A stretch of DNA of 63,919 nucleotides, filler included, from Octopus bimaculoides (GCF_001194135.2; 7 parts of 7 records of this genome joined end to end with filler, not necessarily neighbours in it), one strand, 5' to 3'; shown: positions 11,501-24,872, counted from the whole stretch's first letter. Program-made: numbers and translations. The notes: generated by a model not told the origin, from the sequence alone.

Positions 11501-12384
11501 CCTCTCTTATAAACAGAGGCTCTACTCATCATTTGTCCATTTTGTTAAATCAATGTAATCCTCTAATCACAACCTTAAGATACAACTAGGTCGCACAAGC
11601 AACATATCCTCTCCACTAATACCACCCTTTCTACTAAATTACTCCTTCTTGTGATTACCTTTGCACATTCCTCCTACTCAGCACATCCCCCCTTACAGCT
11701 ACCCCATCTTCACACAATCTATTCTTTCCCCATCTTCTATCTCCTCTTCAATCAAAACCACTTACAACTATCCACTATTGCCATCACCACCAACCTATCC
11801 ACTGCCCTCTATTAACTCTCATATACTTCCACATACCTCAGTACTACCAGTTTTTATACTCCTCTCCAACCATTTAGCACTACAGCTACCGTGACTACCA
11901 ACCTATTCCTTCCGCTCTCCCTCTCTGGCCACTGCCTTCTATCTTCTCATACTTTTCTACATACCTTAGTAATCTCCTTCCTCTGCCAATCTAACTTCTT
12001 TCTTCAAACTCCCTCTCCTTGGAGAGGCTCCATTGGCTGCTACAATCTGGCTTCTGACTTTTCAGAAGTCATATAACCACTCTCAGTATGTTAGTGGCAC
12101 TGTTGCAGCATGTGACATCCCTGTGATCAACTTAATCAAAGGCCTCTGCAAAATTAATGTATGTCACATTTACAATTGAGTGATTCATAAGTTGTTTCAA
12201 CACCCAATCATAATGCTGCAGAAGCTATATTAGGCAGCTTTCTTCTTGAGTGAAAACCATGTTGGATGTCAGAAAACAAGTCATTATCTTCTAGGAATGT
12301 AATCAGCTTTTTCCATATGATTCATTCCATGACTTTGCTGACATGTGAGATGAGGGAGACATCTTCTCTGCTTCTTCCTTTATA

Positions 12385-12605
12385 GATTGGAGTATGGATA
12401 TCTTTTACTTACGTCAGTCATTAGACTGCAGCCAAGCTGGAGCATCGCCTTGAGGAATTTTAGTCAAACTAATCAACCTCATTACTGATTTTCGTTTTAA
12501 GCCTAGTACTTATTCCATCGGTCTGTTTTACCAAACTGCTAAGTTACAGAGATGTAAACATACTTATGTTGGTTGTCAAGTGGTGCTGGGAGACAAACAT
12601 GGAGA
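12385..12605 (-). mobile_element. SINE family A, 3' half
   Basis: Matches the reverse complement of the 54275-54695 tail (cagtcattagactgcagcc..aagcctagtacttattc). Confidence 0.8.
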
Positions 12606-12678
12606 AACATACACACACATACATATATATGTAAGTAAGGTGTCCCGAAATTAAGGCAGCTGAAGTTTCAAGCTTTAA

Positions 12679-12704
12679 TCTATATATATAAAAATGAGAA
12701 TGTG

Positions 12705-12735
<31 letters not shown>

Positions 12736-12997
12736 GTGAATCCCTAAAACTCGAGAACTACAAATTTTACACATGCCTTACTTAGGGTCCAGGTTGCATA
12801 GTTCGAGCCCATAGCAACATCATATATCCTCCACTATTTAAGTATTACATGTCAAAACTGAAACTAAAAACACTGATGTCAAATACTTTCACTTTAAAAA
12901 TGAAACTATTCCACTAACTGAAACAATCACATTTCGATACTGTAATGACAGATACTTTCACTTTAATGGTTTCAGAGAGATAGATATATATGTATAC
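12679..12997 (+). mobile_element. Non-autonomous Helitron-like 5' end
   Basis: Starts TCTATATATATAAAAATGAG directly after an A, followed by (TGTC)n; runs into an N-gap so the 3' end cannot be seen. Confidence 0.6.
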
Positions 12998-13041
12998 NNN
13001 NNNNNNNNNNNNNNNNNNNNNNNNNNNNNNNNNNNNNNNNN

Positions 13042-13053
13042 TTAATTAATTAA
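13042..13053. other. Artificial six-frame-stop linker TTAATTAATTAA inside a 100-bp N spacer; also 29011-29022, 52766-52777, 56621-56632, 58577-58588, 61054-61065
   Basis: Identical palindromic 12-mer with TAA in all frames, each embedded between N-runs (44 N on each side at the copy counted). Confidence 0.95.
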
Positions 13054-13205
13054 NNNNNNNNNNNNNNNNNNNNNNNNNNNNNNNNNNNNNNNNNNNNACA
13101 TACATACATACATACATATGAAAATATAGTCGAGTGGATGTGAGGCACCAGTAGCTATACCCGGGTTTATGCATGTGTATACAATAAATATATATATGTA
13201 CACGC

Positions 13206-13240
<35 letters not shown>

Positions 13241-14186
13241 AATATACACACACACATATATATATAATATACACTATATATATATATATATATATATATA
13301 AATATGTTTGTATAGGTGCAAGTTTTAAATTCCTGTCTGTTGATGCGTTTTCTGAGTATGTACTACATACGCACTCATATACTTACATGCACAGATACAC
13401 CTCAGATACATACATGCATACACACACACAACCAAACATAGATGCATACACATACATGTATTTATACATAAATGCACATTAATGCAGATACATACGTAAG
13501 ATCATGTATACACACGTACATATATATATATATATATATACACACATCTACCCATACATAGACCAGTTCATAAACACATACATAAACTCTTACGCATACA
13601 CATATATACACCCTGACATACGCGCTCACGTGTGGGTGTATATATAATTCGGTGCATCATTCAAGCCGATTATTCATCCTCCCTACTTGGTAATCTTTCT
13701 TTTATTTTCATACAATTTTTTTTTAAATACTGTAAAATATATTGCAATTGTAGCCCCAGATCAGCTTCTATCAACGCTCTAGCCGTGACCATCCCGTCTT
13801 CTAAAAAATATCAGATACAAAATTATTATCTAATCTCACCTTTTTCTTTTCCACAGAAACTTTCTTTTGCTTGGCGATTTGGTTGTTATTTCTATCTGCT
13901 CGAACGACTTCCTAGAGACAGCTTGGCCTGTTCACAACAGGATTGACTATTGACTGATATTGTTTAGTACAGAATATTATCAACCGAGATGACCCCGTTA
14001 TAATTTGAACCTCGGGACCTATTGTCTATTATCACAGAAGCTCTATATGAACTTTGTTTACAGTTAGGTACGGTCATACGTGTTGCTGTGTTTCTTCACA
14101 ATCTCTTAGGACGGCCACGTCGAGGTTTCTTGGTNNNNNNNNNNTGGGAAACCCCGCTAAAATATTAGCTATATATATATATATGT

Positions 14187-14346
14187 GCTTTATTTAAAAG
14201 CAGCAGAAATGTAACAAAAGCTGTTACTCAGAGTTTCACGTTCCCGTTCGTCGGACAGTTTTGTTTTAACAAAACTGTCCGAAGAATGGGAATGTGAGAC
14301 TCAGAGTAACAGCTTTTGTTATATTTCTGCTGCTTTTAAATAAAGC
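14187..14346. mobile_element. Palindromic mini-element with two head-to-head hammerhead-like arms (putative non-autonomous Penelope derivative); truncated third copy ~14455-14517
   Basis: ~79-bp inverted arms with a 2-nt spacer. Left arm (minus, 14221-14258) reads CTGT-CCGACGA-ACG GGAA CGT-GAAA-CTCTGAG-TA-ACAG. Confidence 0.7.
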
Positions 14347-14417
14347 ATATTACTCTACCTCTGGTATTTGAGTACTCTTTTTTCCACCTTGTTGCACATT
14401 TCATGTGCTTACTCCGG

Positions 14418-14455
<38 letters not shown>

Positions 14456-14516
14456 CTTTATTTAAAAGCAGCAGAAATATAACAAAAAAACCGTTACTCT
14501 GAGTTTCACGTTCCCG

Positions 14517-14557
<41 letters not shown>

Positions 14558-15574
14558 CACAATTATCATGATAGATCGATTTAGGGCGGGTTGACCTGGA
14601 AGTAAGCAACGTATCTATCTGTCTGTCTCCGTCTACCTGCATGTCTGTCTATTTAGATACGAGTATGTAATCTATGTATCACATACATTACGTACTCGTG
14701 TCTCGATAGGTAGATATGTAATATATATACTTTACATACGTACGTGTATGAAGATAGGCAATGCACGCTAACACAAACACGCAAGCAAGCATGAAAATAT
14801 TAAATTATTCTATTTCCCAACATATTTACACCTGTCTACCTAACGTTTATACCTTGAAAAGGGAAAACCTGTTATGAACAAAAAGAAAACTTGCAGCGTA
14901 CCACACACACTAGATAGTTAGAAAGATAGATAGATAGATAGCTATCAAATATAAACGTGTCCCTTGTATTACAAAAAGTTTTAAACTTACACAATGGGTT
15001 TTTTTTTTGTCACCTTCTTACGGTAGACAAACAAACCAAAGAGAGCAATTGTATATGGTTACTAGATATGCTAGGGATAGAAGCTAAATCTCCGTCAAAT
15101 TCCTACATAACTGTTTTGAAGGAGATTAGGCTGGTATTTCTAGCAGGACAAATGACTGTATAGAAGGTTCTTTGTTCGGCTTTTAACGTTTTGAACTTGA
15201 GACCGATCTGCATTCTACTTCGCTTAATACTCTTAGTGCCGCGCGCGCGTTTCTGAGTACATAGTGTGTGTGTGTGTGTGACATAACCTTTCTCTACAGA
15301 ATACTGTCTCTCTTTCTTTATTTTATTGAATCTAAGGTGTGTCTCTTGTAATGTTTGTGGATTATAGCTGTTCAATATATTTCATACTATTTTTTCATAT
15401 TAAATTAAAAAGGACTAGAGCAAGCTGTTGTTGATCGATCTATGCATGAAGAGACGACTCGATTGAATAATGCTCTAGAGTGTTCTTATTAAGCAATGCT
15501 ATGAGTTGCTTTGCTAACCACAGCGATATAAATCTTACGTATTTGATGGCATTGGCCAGGGAATAGGGGGGTGC

Positions 15575-15765
15575 ACGGGGGAGGAGGTCACTCGATTACA
15601 TCGACCCCCACCCACTGCTCAACTGGTACTTATTTCATTGACCCCGAAGGGATGAAAAGCTAAGTCGACCTCAGCGGAATTTGAACTCAGAACGTAAAGA
15701 CGGACGGAATGCCGTTAAGCATTTTGTCCGGCATGATAACGATTCTGCCATCTCGTCACCTCAGC
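15575..15765 (-). mobile_element. SINE family B (tRNA-like head); other copies ~18575-18760(-), 24030-24190, 25775-25980, 26040-26250, 28020-28230, 28640-28820, 51090-51260
   Basis: Head ggcagaatcgttag (A-box-like) and gagttcaaattcc (B-box-like), body ctttgcctttcatcctttcggggtcgataaattaagtaccag. Confidence 0.85.
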
Positions 15766-17030
15766 TACAAGCATTATTTTGCCCGTGATTGATCTGATGT
15801 TAAAGATTGAAAAAATCGTCCTTGTTTGTAATAAAAGATTTGAACCTTTGTTTGTACTCTCTAAACAAATTTCGTACCGACATTTCTGTTTGATAGCGTA
15901 TAAAATTCACTTAATAGAAATATTACATTTCTACATCTCTCAGAGTTACACAGTCTCTTCTCTGGGACTGCCACATTAAGTTGGCAACAAGCCATCAATA
16001 AAAAAAAAAAAGGTCTCAAAACATCACCCCGGGTCCTGTATGCAAAGTTCATCCTTCCATAAGTTAATTTCATCCATGACGTTCACTACAATAGTCTAAT
16101 TTTAATCTAGACAGTTTCTGACCTAGCTTAACTCTATAATAATATTTATTTAAACATTATTATTAAACAGTAGTGCTTTCTGCTAAAGGCAAAGGTACTT
16201 TTGCAACGTTTTATAATGTGCTGCTAGATTTCTTCAAATATCACATGCTTTTAATGCAGTAAAAACTTGTTTTGCGAAATGTGCTGCTGAAATTGGGGTA
16301 CGCCCGTCTTATAGGCACGTGCGTTTTTCTTTTTATGTCATTGAAACCCGGTAATTATTAAAATAAACCCAGCCAGAATAAATAACCCTTATATTTTAAA
16401 ACCAGTGGAATTACTTGTGCAGGGGCGGTGAGAAGAACTCTGATGGACTCACTGTGCTCTTACGCAAGAAATAGCGACTCATTTGCTCCGCCAAACGTCC
16501 TTAATGCTGTGGTTTGTGATGGTGGAGACAGTGGTTACTGTATCTCTAGGCAAGGGCCGTTTTAAGGCATAGATACACTGGGGCAATTGCCTGGGGGTCT
16601 CATAGGTCTCATTTCCAATCTATGTAGGCTGTGGTTTGCTGTCGATAGGGCTGAATGCATTGATTTGCTCGGGAGCCTGTAATTCTACTAAGATACTTTG
16701 TCTCTAGGGAACGCAATAAGATAATGGAATACCGGAAGCTGTAGGTAAATTACGTAATCAAATCTGTATTATTTGAGTGAGTTGAGTCGCTGGCAAGGAA
16801 GGTTGTTGACTTCGTTAGGGTTTCGCCATAGCGATTTATCAGGTGATATTCGGGTGTGGTGGTGGTGGTGCTTGGCTGTACTATAACGGTTCAGTCTCGC
16901 CATCACACGCGATTATTCCGTGAGTGCTTCAGGTTGTCTCAGAAATTCTTTAAATGGCAACGCCAGTATTTTCCCTGAAGCAATGTAAAATTTAGAGGTG
17001 TGTGCGCGCGCGCGATTGTGTGTATGTATG

Positions 17031-17065
<35 letters not shown>

Positions 17066-17648
17066 AACATTATCCTATATTAAATATATATGATATATAT
17101 ATTATATATGTGTATATATAATATCTATATAATGTCTATATATTATATTAATACATATATACATATTATATATAATGCATTTAATTATTCAGATTTCAAC
17201 GATGATAATTATAATAGTTTCAGATTCTGACACAGGGCTAGCAGTTTTTGAGGGGATGGGTGTTACATCGACCCGAAACGGCAAGTTTGTCTCTTGCAGG
17301 ATTTGAACTCAGAAACTGGTTTCTGATTTAGGCACAAACAAGGCCAGCAATTTTGAGAGGAAAGAGTTAAGTCGATACTCTTGACTCCTCTATTTGACTG
17401 GTAATGACACTGAAAAAAAAAAAAAAATGAAAGGCATAGTTGACCGCGTCAGGATTTGAACTCGGAATGTTTAGAGTCGGGATAAAAATACCTGAAAGCA
17501 TTATTATATGCCGATGCATGTATATTTCTATACACAGCTGTATTTACATCTTGTTGGAAAAGGTTAGAAGAGAGGACAGAACGTAGACATATTAGTCAAT
17601 CAAACTTTTGGCAACGAAAGCCTAAAGTACAAGAACGTTACGCAGAAT

Positions 17649-18176
17649 AGGCGCAGGCGTGACTCTGTGGTTCCGGGCTCTGTTCCACTGCGTGACACCT
17701 TGGGCCGACTAAAGCTTTGTGAGTGGATTTGGTAGACGGAAACTGAAAGAAACCCGTCGTATGTATATATGTGTATGTGTGTCTGTCTGTTTGTCCCCTA
17801 CCACCGCTTGACAACCAGTGTTGGTGTGTTTACGTCCCCGTAACNNNNNNNNNNNNNNNNNNNNNNNNNNNNNNNNNNNNNNNNNNNNNNNNNNNNNNNN
17901 NNNNNNNNNNNNNNNNNNNNNNNNNNNNNNNNNNNNNNNNNNNNNNNNNNNNNNNNNNNNNNNNNNNNNNNNNNNNNNNNNNNNNNNNNNNNNNNNNNNN
18001 NNNNNNNNNNNNNNNNNNNNNNNNNNNNNNNNNNNNNNNNNNNNNNNNNNNNNNNNNNNNNNNNNNNNNNNNNNNNNNNNNNNNNNNACTTATTCTTTGT
18101 AAGCCTAGTACTTATTCTATCGGTCTCTTTTGCCGAGCCGCTAAGCGATTTTGGGGGGACAAACACAGACACACGA

Positions 18177-18211
<35 letters not shown>

Positions 18212-18384
18212 CATATATACGACGGGCTTCTTTCAGTTTCCGTCTACCAAATCCACTCACAAGGCTTTGGTCGGCCCGAGGCTATAGTAGAAGACACTTG
18301 CCCAAGGTGCCACGCAGTGGGACTGAACCCGGAACTATGTGGTTGGTAAGCAAGCTACTTACCACACAGCCACTCCTACGCCTG
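17649..18384. mobile_element. Two SINE family A copies in inverted orientation flanking a gap (+ 17649-17844, - 18089-18384)
   Basis: Head ggcgcaggcgtg..ccttgggc..gtggatttggtagacggaaactgaaagaa on +, and its reverse complement after the gap. Confidence 0.85.
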
Positions 18385-20024
18385 TTTATAAATAATGCAT
18401 AAATAAAACCTGGTAAAATATGAAATATTTATAACGGGATTTAAGTACATCTGGTGCGGTGGGGGTATTTGATAAGACAGCTCTCGGCTAGAGTTTCCTG
18501 TTTAATCCATTACATATTAGGAGCTCATACATACGTATATGTGTACATAATACGTTATATCATATATTTATTACCCACAGCGGGGCTAAACATAGAGGGG
18601 GACAAACAAGGACAGACAAAGGGATTAAGTCGATTACATCGATTCCCGGTGCGTAACTGGTACTTATTTAATCGATCCCCAAAGGAATTTGAACTTAGAA
18701 TGTAACGGCAGATGAAATACCGCTAAGCATTTCGCCCGGTGTGCTAACGATTCTGGCTGCATATAGATATACGTTACATATCCGCACGCAGCACACACGT
18801 TAACGGTATGTTTGTTCTTGGTTAGATAGGATGTCAATTTGCTCAGTCAAATTACATATCGTTGCTATTATGCAAAAGTGTCGTAAGTCCAAAACGTTGC
18901 TTTTTTTTTTCTTTCCTTTTTTTTTGTTTTTCTAGAAAACGGGAAAATAGTTTCCCCATTCCATAGCAAAACCGTTGTACTACACTTTGACAATTTTTGA
19001 TATCTTGACATCGGAAGAAGCTGGATATACGATAGTTTGACCAAAAGAACCCGTTATCGCAAGCAAAAATAAATATCGAAAAACAAAAACAAAACACATT
19101 TGGACATACAACAGTTTAACATAACAGCAACGAATTATGTAGTAATAATAATGATGATGATGGATGCAATAGTAATCACATCAGTTTTTTCTTTCTCTTC
19201 TTCTTCCACATCAGTTTTTTCTTTCTCTTCTTCTTCCCTCCCTCCCCTTCTGCTTCTATTTGTTCTTCCTTCTTCCCTCCTCCTCTTCTCCTTCTCATCC
19301 TCCTCTTCCTCTTTTCTTCATCTTCTTGCCTCTTCACTTTGGGAATTCATTTGTAATTAATATTTGAGGAGGATGAGAGCTCTAAGACAGACAGATGTGT
19401 GTCTGGTGGTGGTGGTGGTGGTCGAGGAGGTATAGATGTACGTCTAGTATGTTGTATGTGTGTGTATGTGTGCACATTTACCTTCCTACTCACTTGTGCT
19501 TATTTATTAAATAAGATTCAGGTAAAAAAAAACTTGCAGAATGCTACATTATATACATACATATATGCATATATATTTACATATATATATATACATATGT
19601 ATGCATACATAAATATATAAACACGACATACATACACATATATATCCGTGTGTGTGTATATAAATCTTTTATCTTTTACTTCTTTCAGTAATTAGACTGT
19701 GGCCATGTTGGAGCACTGCTTCGAAGAATCTGAGTAAAAAACAACTTTTTGAGCATGGCTGTTGCCAGTACCATGTGACTGGCCCTCGTGACGGTGGCAC
19801 GTAAAAACACCCACTACACTCTCGGAGTGGTTGGCGTTAGGAAGGGTATCCAGCTGTAGAAAATCCGCCTGATCAGATTGGAGCCTTCTGACTTGCCAGT
19901 CCTCAGTCAAATCGTCCAACCCATGCTAGCATGGAAAGCGGACATTAGACGATGATGATGATGATGATATACATATATATATGGGTATGTATATCTATGT
20001 ATATATATATGTATACATGTGAGG

Positions 20025-20290
20025 GCCCATGGCCTAGTGGTTAGGGGGTTGAACTCACAATCTTAAGATTGTGGTTTCAATTCCTAGACCAGATGCTGTG
20101 TTGTGCTCTTGAGCAAAGCACTTCATCTCACGTTGCTCTGTAATCACTTCACACCTGATGTATGATACTGTGCACCTGTTCAGACAAGTGCGTTGATGTG
20201 TGGCACATACATTTGATCACAATAAACAAATCATTTGTGCAGGTCATTCAGCAAAAAGCAGAATGCTCTTACATTGTCTTTGATGGGAGA
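20025..20290 (+). mobile_element. SINE family C-related copy
   Basis: tRNA-like head ggcccatggcctagtggttag..ggtttcaattcc followed by gttgtgctcttgagcaaagcacttcatctcacgttgctc. Confidence 0.7.
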
Positions 20291-20484
20291 GCCCATCATA
20301 TATATATATATATATATATATAATATTTGTAAATTTATGGGTGAGTGTCTGGCTCAGACGGATGCACAAGGAGCCATGTTAGCATTGATATGTTAGCCTG
20401 AGTTGGCTCATCACTTTTTGATCAATTGTTTAGATAATGTTGCTTTAACCAGAGTATATATATTATTATTATGATATATTATTA

Positions 20485-20890
20485 TCGGAGACCCCCTTCG
20501 GTTACGAATGACCATGGGATTGCACCTAGAAAGTAACCCTCCTAGGTACAAGTCCGGACAAGGTTGTTTATGGAAGACCAGCAGTCGCCCATGCATACCA
20601 GTCACCCATGCATGCCAGCCTCCCCTCTCCACGCCACTGATGTTATCCAAGGGGAAGGCAAAGGGGCTGATACAGCTTGGCACCAGTGATGTTATCCAAG
20701 GGGAAGGCAAAGGGGCTGATACAGCTTGGCACCAGTGATGTTGCAACTCATTTCTACAGCTGAGTGAACTGGAGCAACGTGAAATAAAGTGTCTTGCTCA
20801 AGAACACAACACACAGTCTGGTCCGGGATTCGATCTCACAACCTCACAGTCGTAAGTCGATGCTGTAACCACTGAGCCATGTGCCTTCAC
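20485..20890 (-). mobile_element. SINE family C-related copy with an internal 49-bp tandem duplication (20641-20738)
   Basis: Minus-strand head ggcacatggctcagtggttac..gatcgaatccc; unit tgttatccaaggggaaggcaaaggggctgatacagcttggcaccagtga repeats at period 49. Confidence 0.75.
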
Positions 20891-22196
20891 AATATATTAT
20901 TATATAGTTATTATTAGACACAAGGGCTCTGCCTGAAACGTCATACTCTCTCTCTTTCCTTTCCCGAGCGTCTAATAACACTATCCGTATCACGTCCTCA
21001 CTTTGTTGTTTTTTTGTTATTGTTTTTTGCCTTTTTTTGAACTTATATATATATATATATATATATAATGTATATGCATATGTATACATATATATGTGTC
21101 TATATATATGTGTGTACATATACATGCACATATATGCTAACATTAGTAATATGTGAGGTAATTCTGAATTATCAAACATAATACAGCAACAACAACATCA
21201 TATCACAGAATTACTTACAAGGGGAAAAGGGAAGAAAATAAATACCATATTATAAAACCATGCAAGAATATTACTGTATTCATTGCATCCATCTATTTTT
21301 AGCCAGGCTTTAACTATTTCGCACTGATGAGATTCAGTTACATTGAAACTTATCCTTTCACTCAACAAGATTAAGTTTTTCACCTAAGTGTCTTACCTAT
21401 TAGTCGTTTCATTCATTGTAGCAATAGCACCAGTACTTTCAATGTGACACCTGTACTAGTGATTTTTATGTAGCATCAGTAAAGGGTAAAGACACCCTGT
21501 GGTCATGAATGACCATCAGATTGCACCGAGAAACTTACTCTCCAAGGCACAAGTTTGGGCAAGATTGTTTTTTTATGGAAGACCATATATATATATATAT
21601 GTTTGTGTCATCATCATCAATCGTCATTTTCATTTTACGTCTGTTTTCCATGCTGGCATGGGTTGGATGGTTTGACAGGAGCTGGCCAGCTGAAGAGCTG
21701 CTCCTGGTTCCATTTGTCTGTTTTAGCAAGATTTGCATGGCTGGATGCCCTTCCTAGTGCCAACCACCCCACAGAGTGTACTGGGTGCTTTTTACATGAC
21801 ATCAGCACAGGTGCTTTACACACAACACCAAAACAAGTTCTTTTTTTACCCCCTCCCACCTATATATATGTGTATGTGTGTTTGTGTGTGTTACCCCCAC
21901 CGTTTGTGTCAGTTACCCCCACTGTTGGTTTGTTTACATCCTGTAACCTAACAGTTCAGCAAAAAGAGACCGATAGAATATGTACCAAGCTTAAACAATT
22001 AAATACCAAGGTAGATTTGTCCAACTAAACACTTCAAAGGTAGTGCTCCAACATGGCCACAGTCCAATGATGGAAACAAGTAAAAAATGAAGGAGAAATA
22101 GTATTTGAATATTTTTGTTTATTTTAATTAACAACAACATGACTTGCAGAATAAAACCGCCCAATGGTGTCACTGAAATGACTTTGCATATCATGT

Positions 22197-22565
22197 TTTA
22201 TTAAAAATCTCTCATAAAACAATGAGACAAGCTAACCATTATTAACACATAAAGCGTGACTGACCATGATGGTGGCCGTCAGGCACAGGTCAACAGGTCA
22301 TGATCGTGGTCCAGATAGATACATTTAATTTATGGGCGTTTGTTGGGGGTCTAATGTCACTCAAACGCTCTGAAACCCCCCAGAATGCAAAAGGACTTTA
22401 TTAAAAATCTCTAATAAAACAATGAGACAAGCCAACCATTTTAAAACACATAAAGCGTGATGGGCCACGATCATGGCTGTCAGGCACAGGTTGACAGGCC
22501 AGATAGATACATTTAATTTATGGGCGTTTGTTGGAGGTCTAATGTCACTCAAACCCCCCAGAAAG
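22197..22565. repeat. Local tandem duplication of a ~200-bp unit
   Basis: tttattaaaaatctct..gacaag..acacataaagcgtga..ccagatagatacatttaatttatgggcgtttgttgg..gtctaatgtcactcaaac occurs twice. Confidence 0.85.
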
Positions 22566-22626
22566 CTAGTGGACTAATAGTTCAATTAATGACTTTTCAG
22601 ATGATGTAAAACTTGCCACCATTATA

Positions 22627-22745
22627 CAGGGTGTCCACAAAGTTTGGGTACATCGGGATTAACACATAATTTAAGAAATTATTATTTCTTATATTTAATT
22701 ATTTATGTTATGATTTTATTTACTCCAGACCTTGTGGAGACCCTG
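22627..22745. mobile_element. Tc1/mariner-type MITE (119 bp)
   Basis: TIRs cagggtgtccacaaag / ccttgtggagaccctg, flanked by TA on both sides. Confidence 0.8.
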
Positions 22746-23569
22746 TATACAAAGAAGATATTTTAACTATTCTTTTTGTTTTTTTATGTGTGCATGGTAG
22801 TCCCCTTTTCATAAAATGTACTCAGCAGTCCATGCTATGTAAGTGCAAATCCCAGAGCTTTATGGGTTAAATGAAACTTTTATTGAAGTTTAACTGTGAC
22901 ATTTTGACATTTTTATTCCTGAATTCTTATCCAAATTATCCAAATCATCACCACCATCGTCATCATTGTTATCATCACCATCATTATCATCATCGTCATC
23001 ATCATTGTCATTGTTGTCTTCTCCACAATCTTCATCATCATCATTTTCATCTTCATCGTCATCATCATCATCATTGTCACCACCACCACCACCACCAAAT
23101 AAACACAGGCGCTCTATATTCGTTCTTCACTTGTTTATTATTGTTCTTCATTTATGGTTATTGTCTGGAAATCTTTCATCGGCACATCCTGCGACCTCTT
23201 CAACGACTCTCCATCCCATGTGTCTCCGGGTGTTCTGTTTAAAAATGACTGTCCCGAAACATAACAATATCTGTTTCAACACACAATTTCACATCAGGAA
23301 TCTTTCAAAACAAACACATATGTTTTTTTTTTGTTTGTTTCTACAAGTAGGTCTACGAGCCAACATTAACATTTAGTTGATCAGTAACTTTAGTAGTCAC
23401 TTAATAGTTCACATTTCAATACTAGTCGTCTATTTTAAGTAGTTAGCCCCACCTTGTTGGACTAACGACTTAATTTTCCTCTCTCAAATAAAATTAAAGA
23501 AACTTTTAAATGACATTATGGTATTTCATTCTGCAGCTTACACTGACCTCTATCTGCCATGACATACAT

Positions 23570-23875
23570 ACACACGCACACACACACACATTTACCTAAA
23601 TACATATATTAAATAGATATGTATATATATATATATATATATATTTATATAAACACATATGTATTTATATACAGACATATATGTACAAATCTATAAATAC
23701 ACACACACACACACATACATACATGCACACACACACACACACATACTGATTTACCTAAATACATATATTAAATAGATATGTATATATATATATATTTATA
23801 TACACGCATATGTATTTATATACAGACATATATGTACAAATATATAAATACACACACACACACACACACACGCTT
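23570..23875. repeat. Tandem duplication (~160-bp unit) of composite TA/CA microsatellite
   Basis: atttacctaaatacatatattaaatagatatg..gtatttatatacagacatatatgtacaaat occurs twice. Confidence 0.8.
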
Positions 23876-24214
23876 GCAGACATATACTTCTTCCATCAAA
23901 GCTTCTTGTTAATTTATGTTCCAAACACCAGGTTAGTGGCAAAATGGTATTTCACCAAATTCTTCATTATTTCCTAAATTATCTGAAACAAAAGCACTGT
24001 ATTTCAACAGAAATATGGTAACAAAAGCATTTGTCTGTCTTTACATTCTGAGTTCAAGTTCCGCTGAGGTCAACTTTGCCTTTCGTCCTTTCAGGCTCGA
24101 TAAATTAAGTACCAGTTGCATACTGGGGTCGATCTAATCAACTGATCCCCTCCCCCAAAATTTTGGGCCTTGTTCCTAGAGTAGAAAAGATTATGTATGT
24201 ATGTGCTTGATGGG

Positions 24215-24410
24215 ACTGGGGTCATCTCAGATTAGTGGCCCCAGAGACGTCATCATGTATAGCTGTGACCAGGTACACCAGTGCTCTCCATCACTGACAG
24301 TCCCGTGCCAGCCCCTCTATATCTTCCAAGGTGACATCGAGCTTCTGGAGATTTTCCTTAATCATGTGCAGCCATCTGGTGCAGGGCCTTCCACAAGGCC
24401 CCTTCCATTC
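24215..24410 (-). mobile_element. RTE-like LINE C-terminal fragment
   Basis: Minus strand reads GRPCTRWLHMIKENLQKLDVTLEDIEGLARDCQ*WRALV. Confidence 0.7.
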
Positions 24411-24872
24411 TGCAGCTGTTACATCAAATGTATGTATGTATATATATGTGCATATGTTTGTATGTATGTATGTTCTTTTATTCTTTTATTCCGTTACTTG
24501 TTTCTCTAACCACCTCTGTTGTGTGTTGCATGCAATGGCTTCATGTAACTGAAAAAAGCAAACCACTCAATTAAAAATGCCAAGATGGAATAAAGCCATC
24601 TGTTAGTGTGAGCAGTTAGCTCTCTGAACGCCTGCTGCTAGAGGCCTCTATCATTACCACATCTGTGCAAAATAGTGTAGGTCCTTAACAGGACTGAAAA
24701 GTCACATCCGTTTTGCTCATGTTTAAGAGCTCAATCAAGCATTGTTCAAAATGAAGTTCCAGTCATGCAGGTGTGTATGTATTGGGTACTTATATGTGTG
24801 TATGTACATATATGTGTGTGTGTGTGTGTGTTTATATATATAAGTATAGATGTGTGTATTTATGTTCATTAT

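Noticed and set aside
13042-13053. TTAATTAATTAA recurring six times as a possible biological motif or repeat array
   Set aside because: Always embedded in N spacers and encodes stops in six frames; it is a scaffolding linker.
20634-20742. 49-bp direct repeats as a CRISPR-like array
   Set aside because: Contiguous tandem duplication without spacers inside a SINE, in eukaryotic DNA with no cas genes.
22871-23100. His-rich, Ser-rich and Met-rich ORFs
   Set aside because: They derive from a (CAT)n microsatellite.
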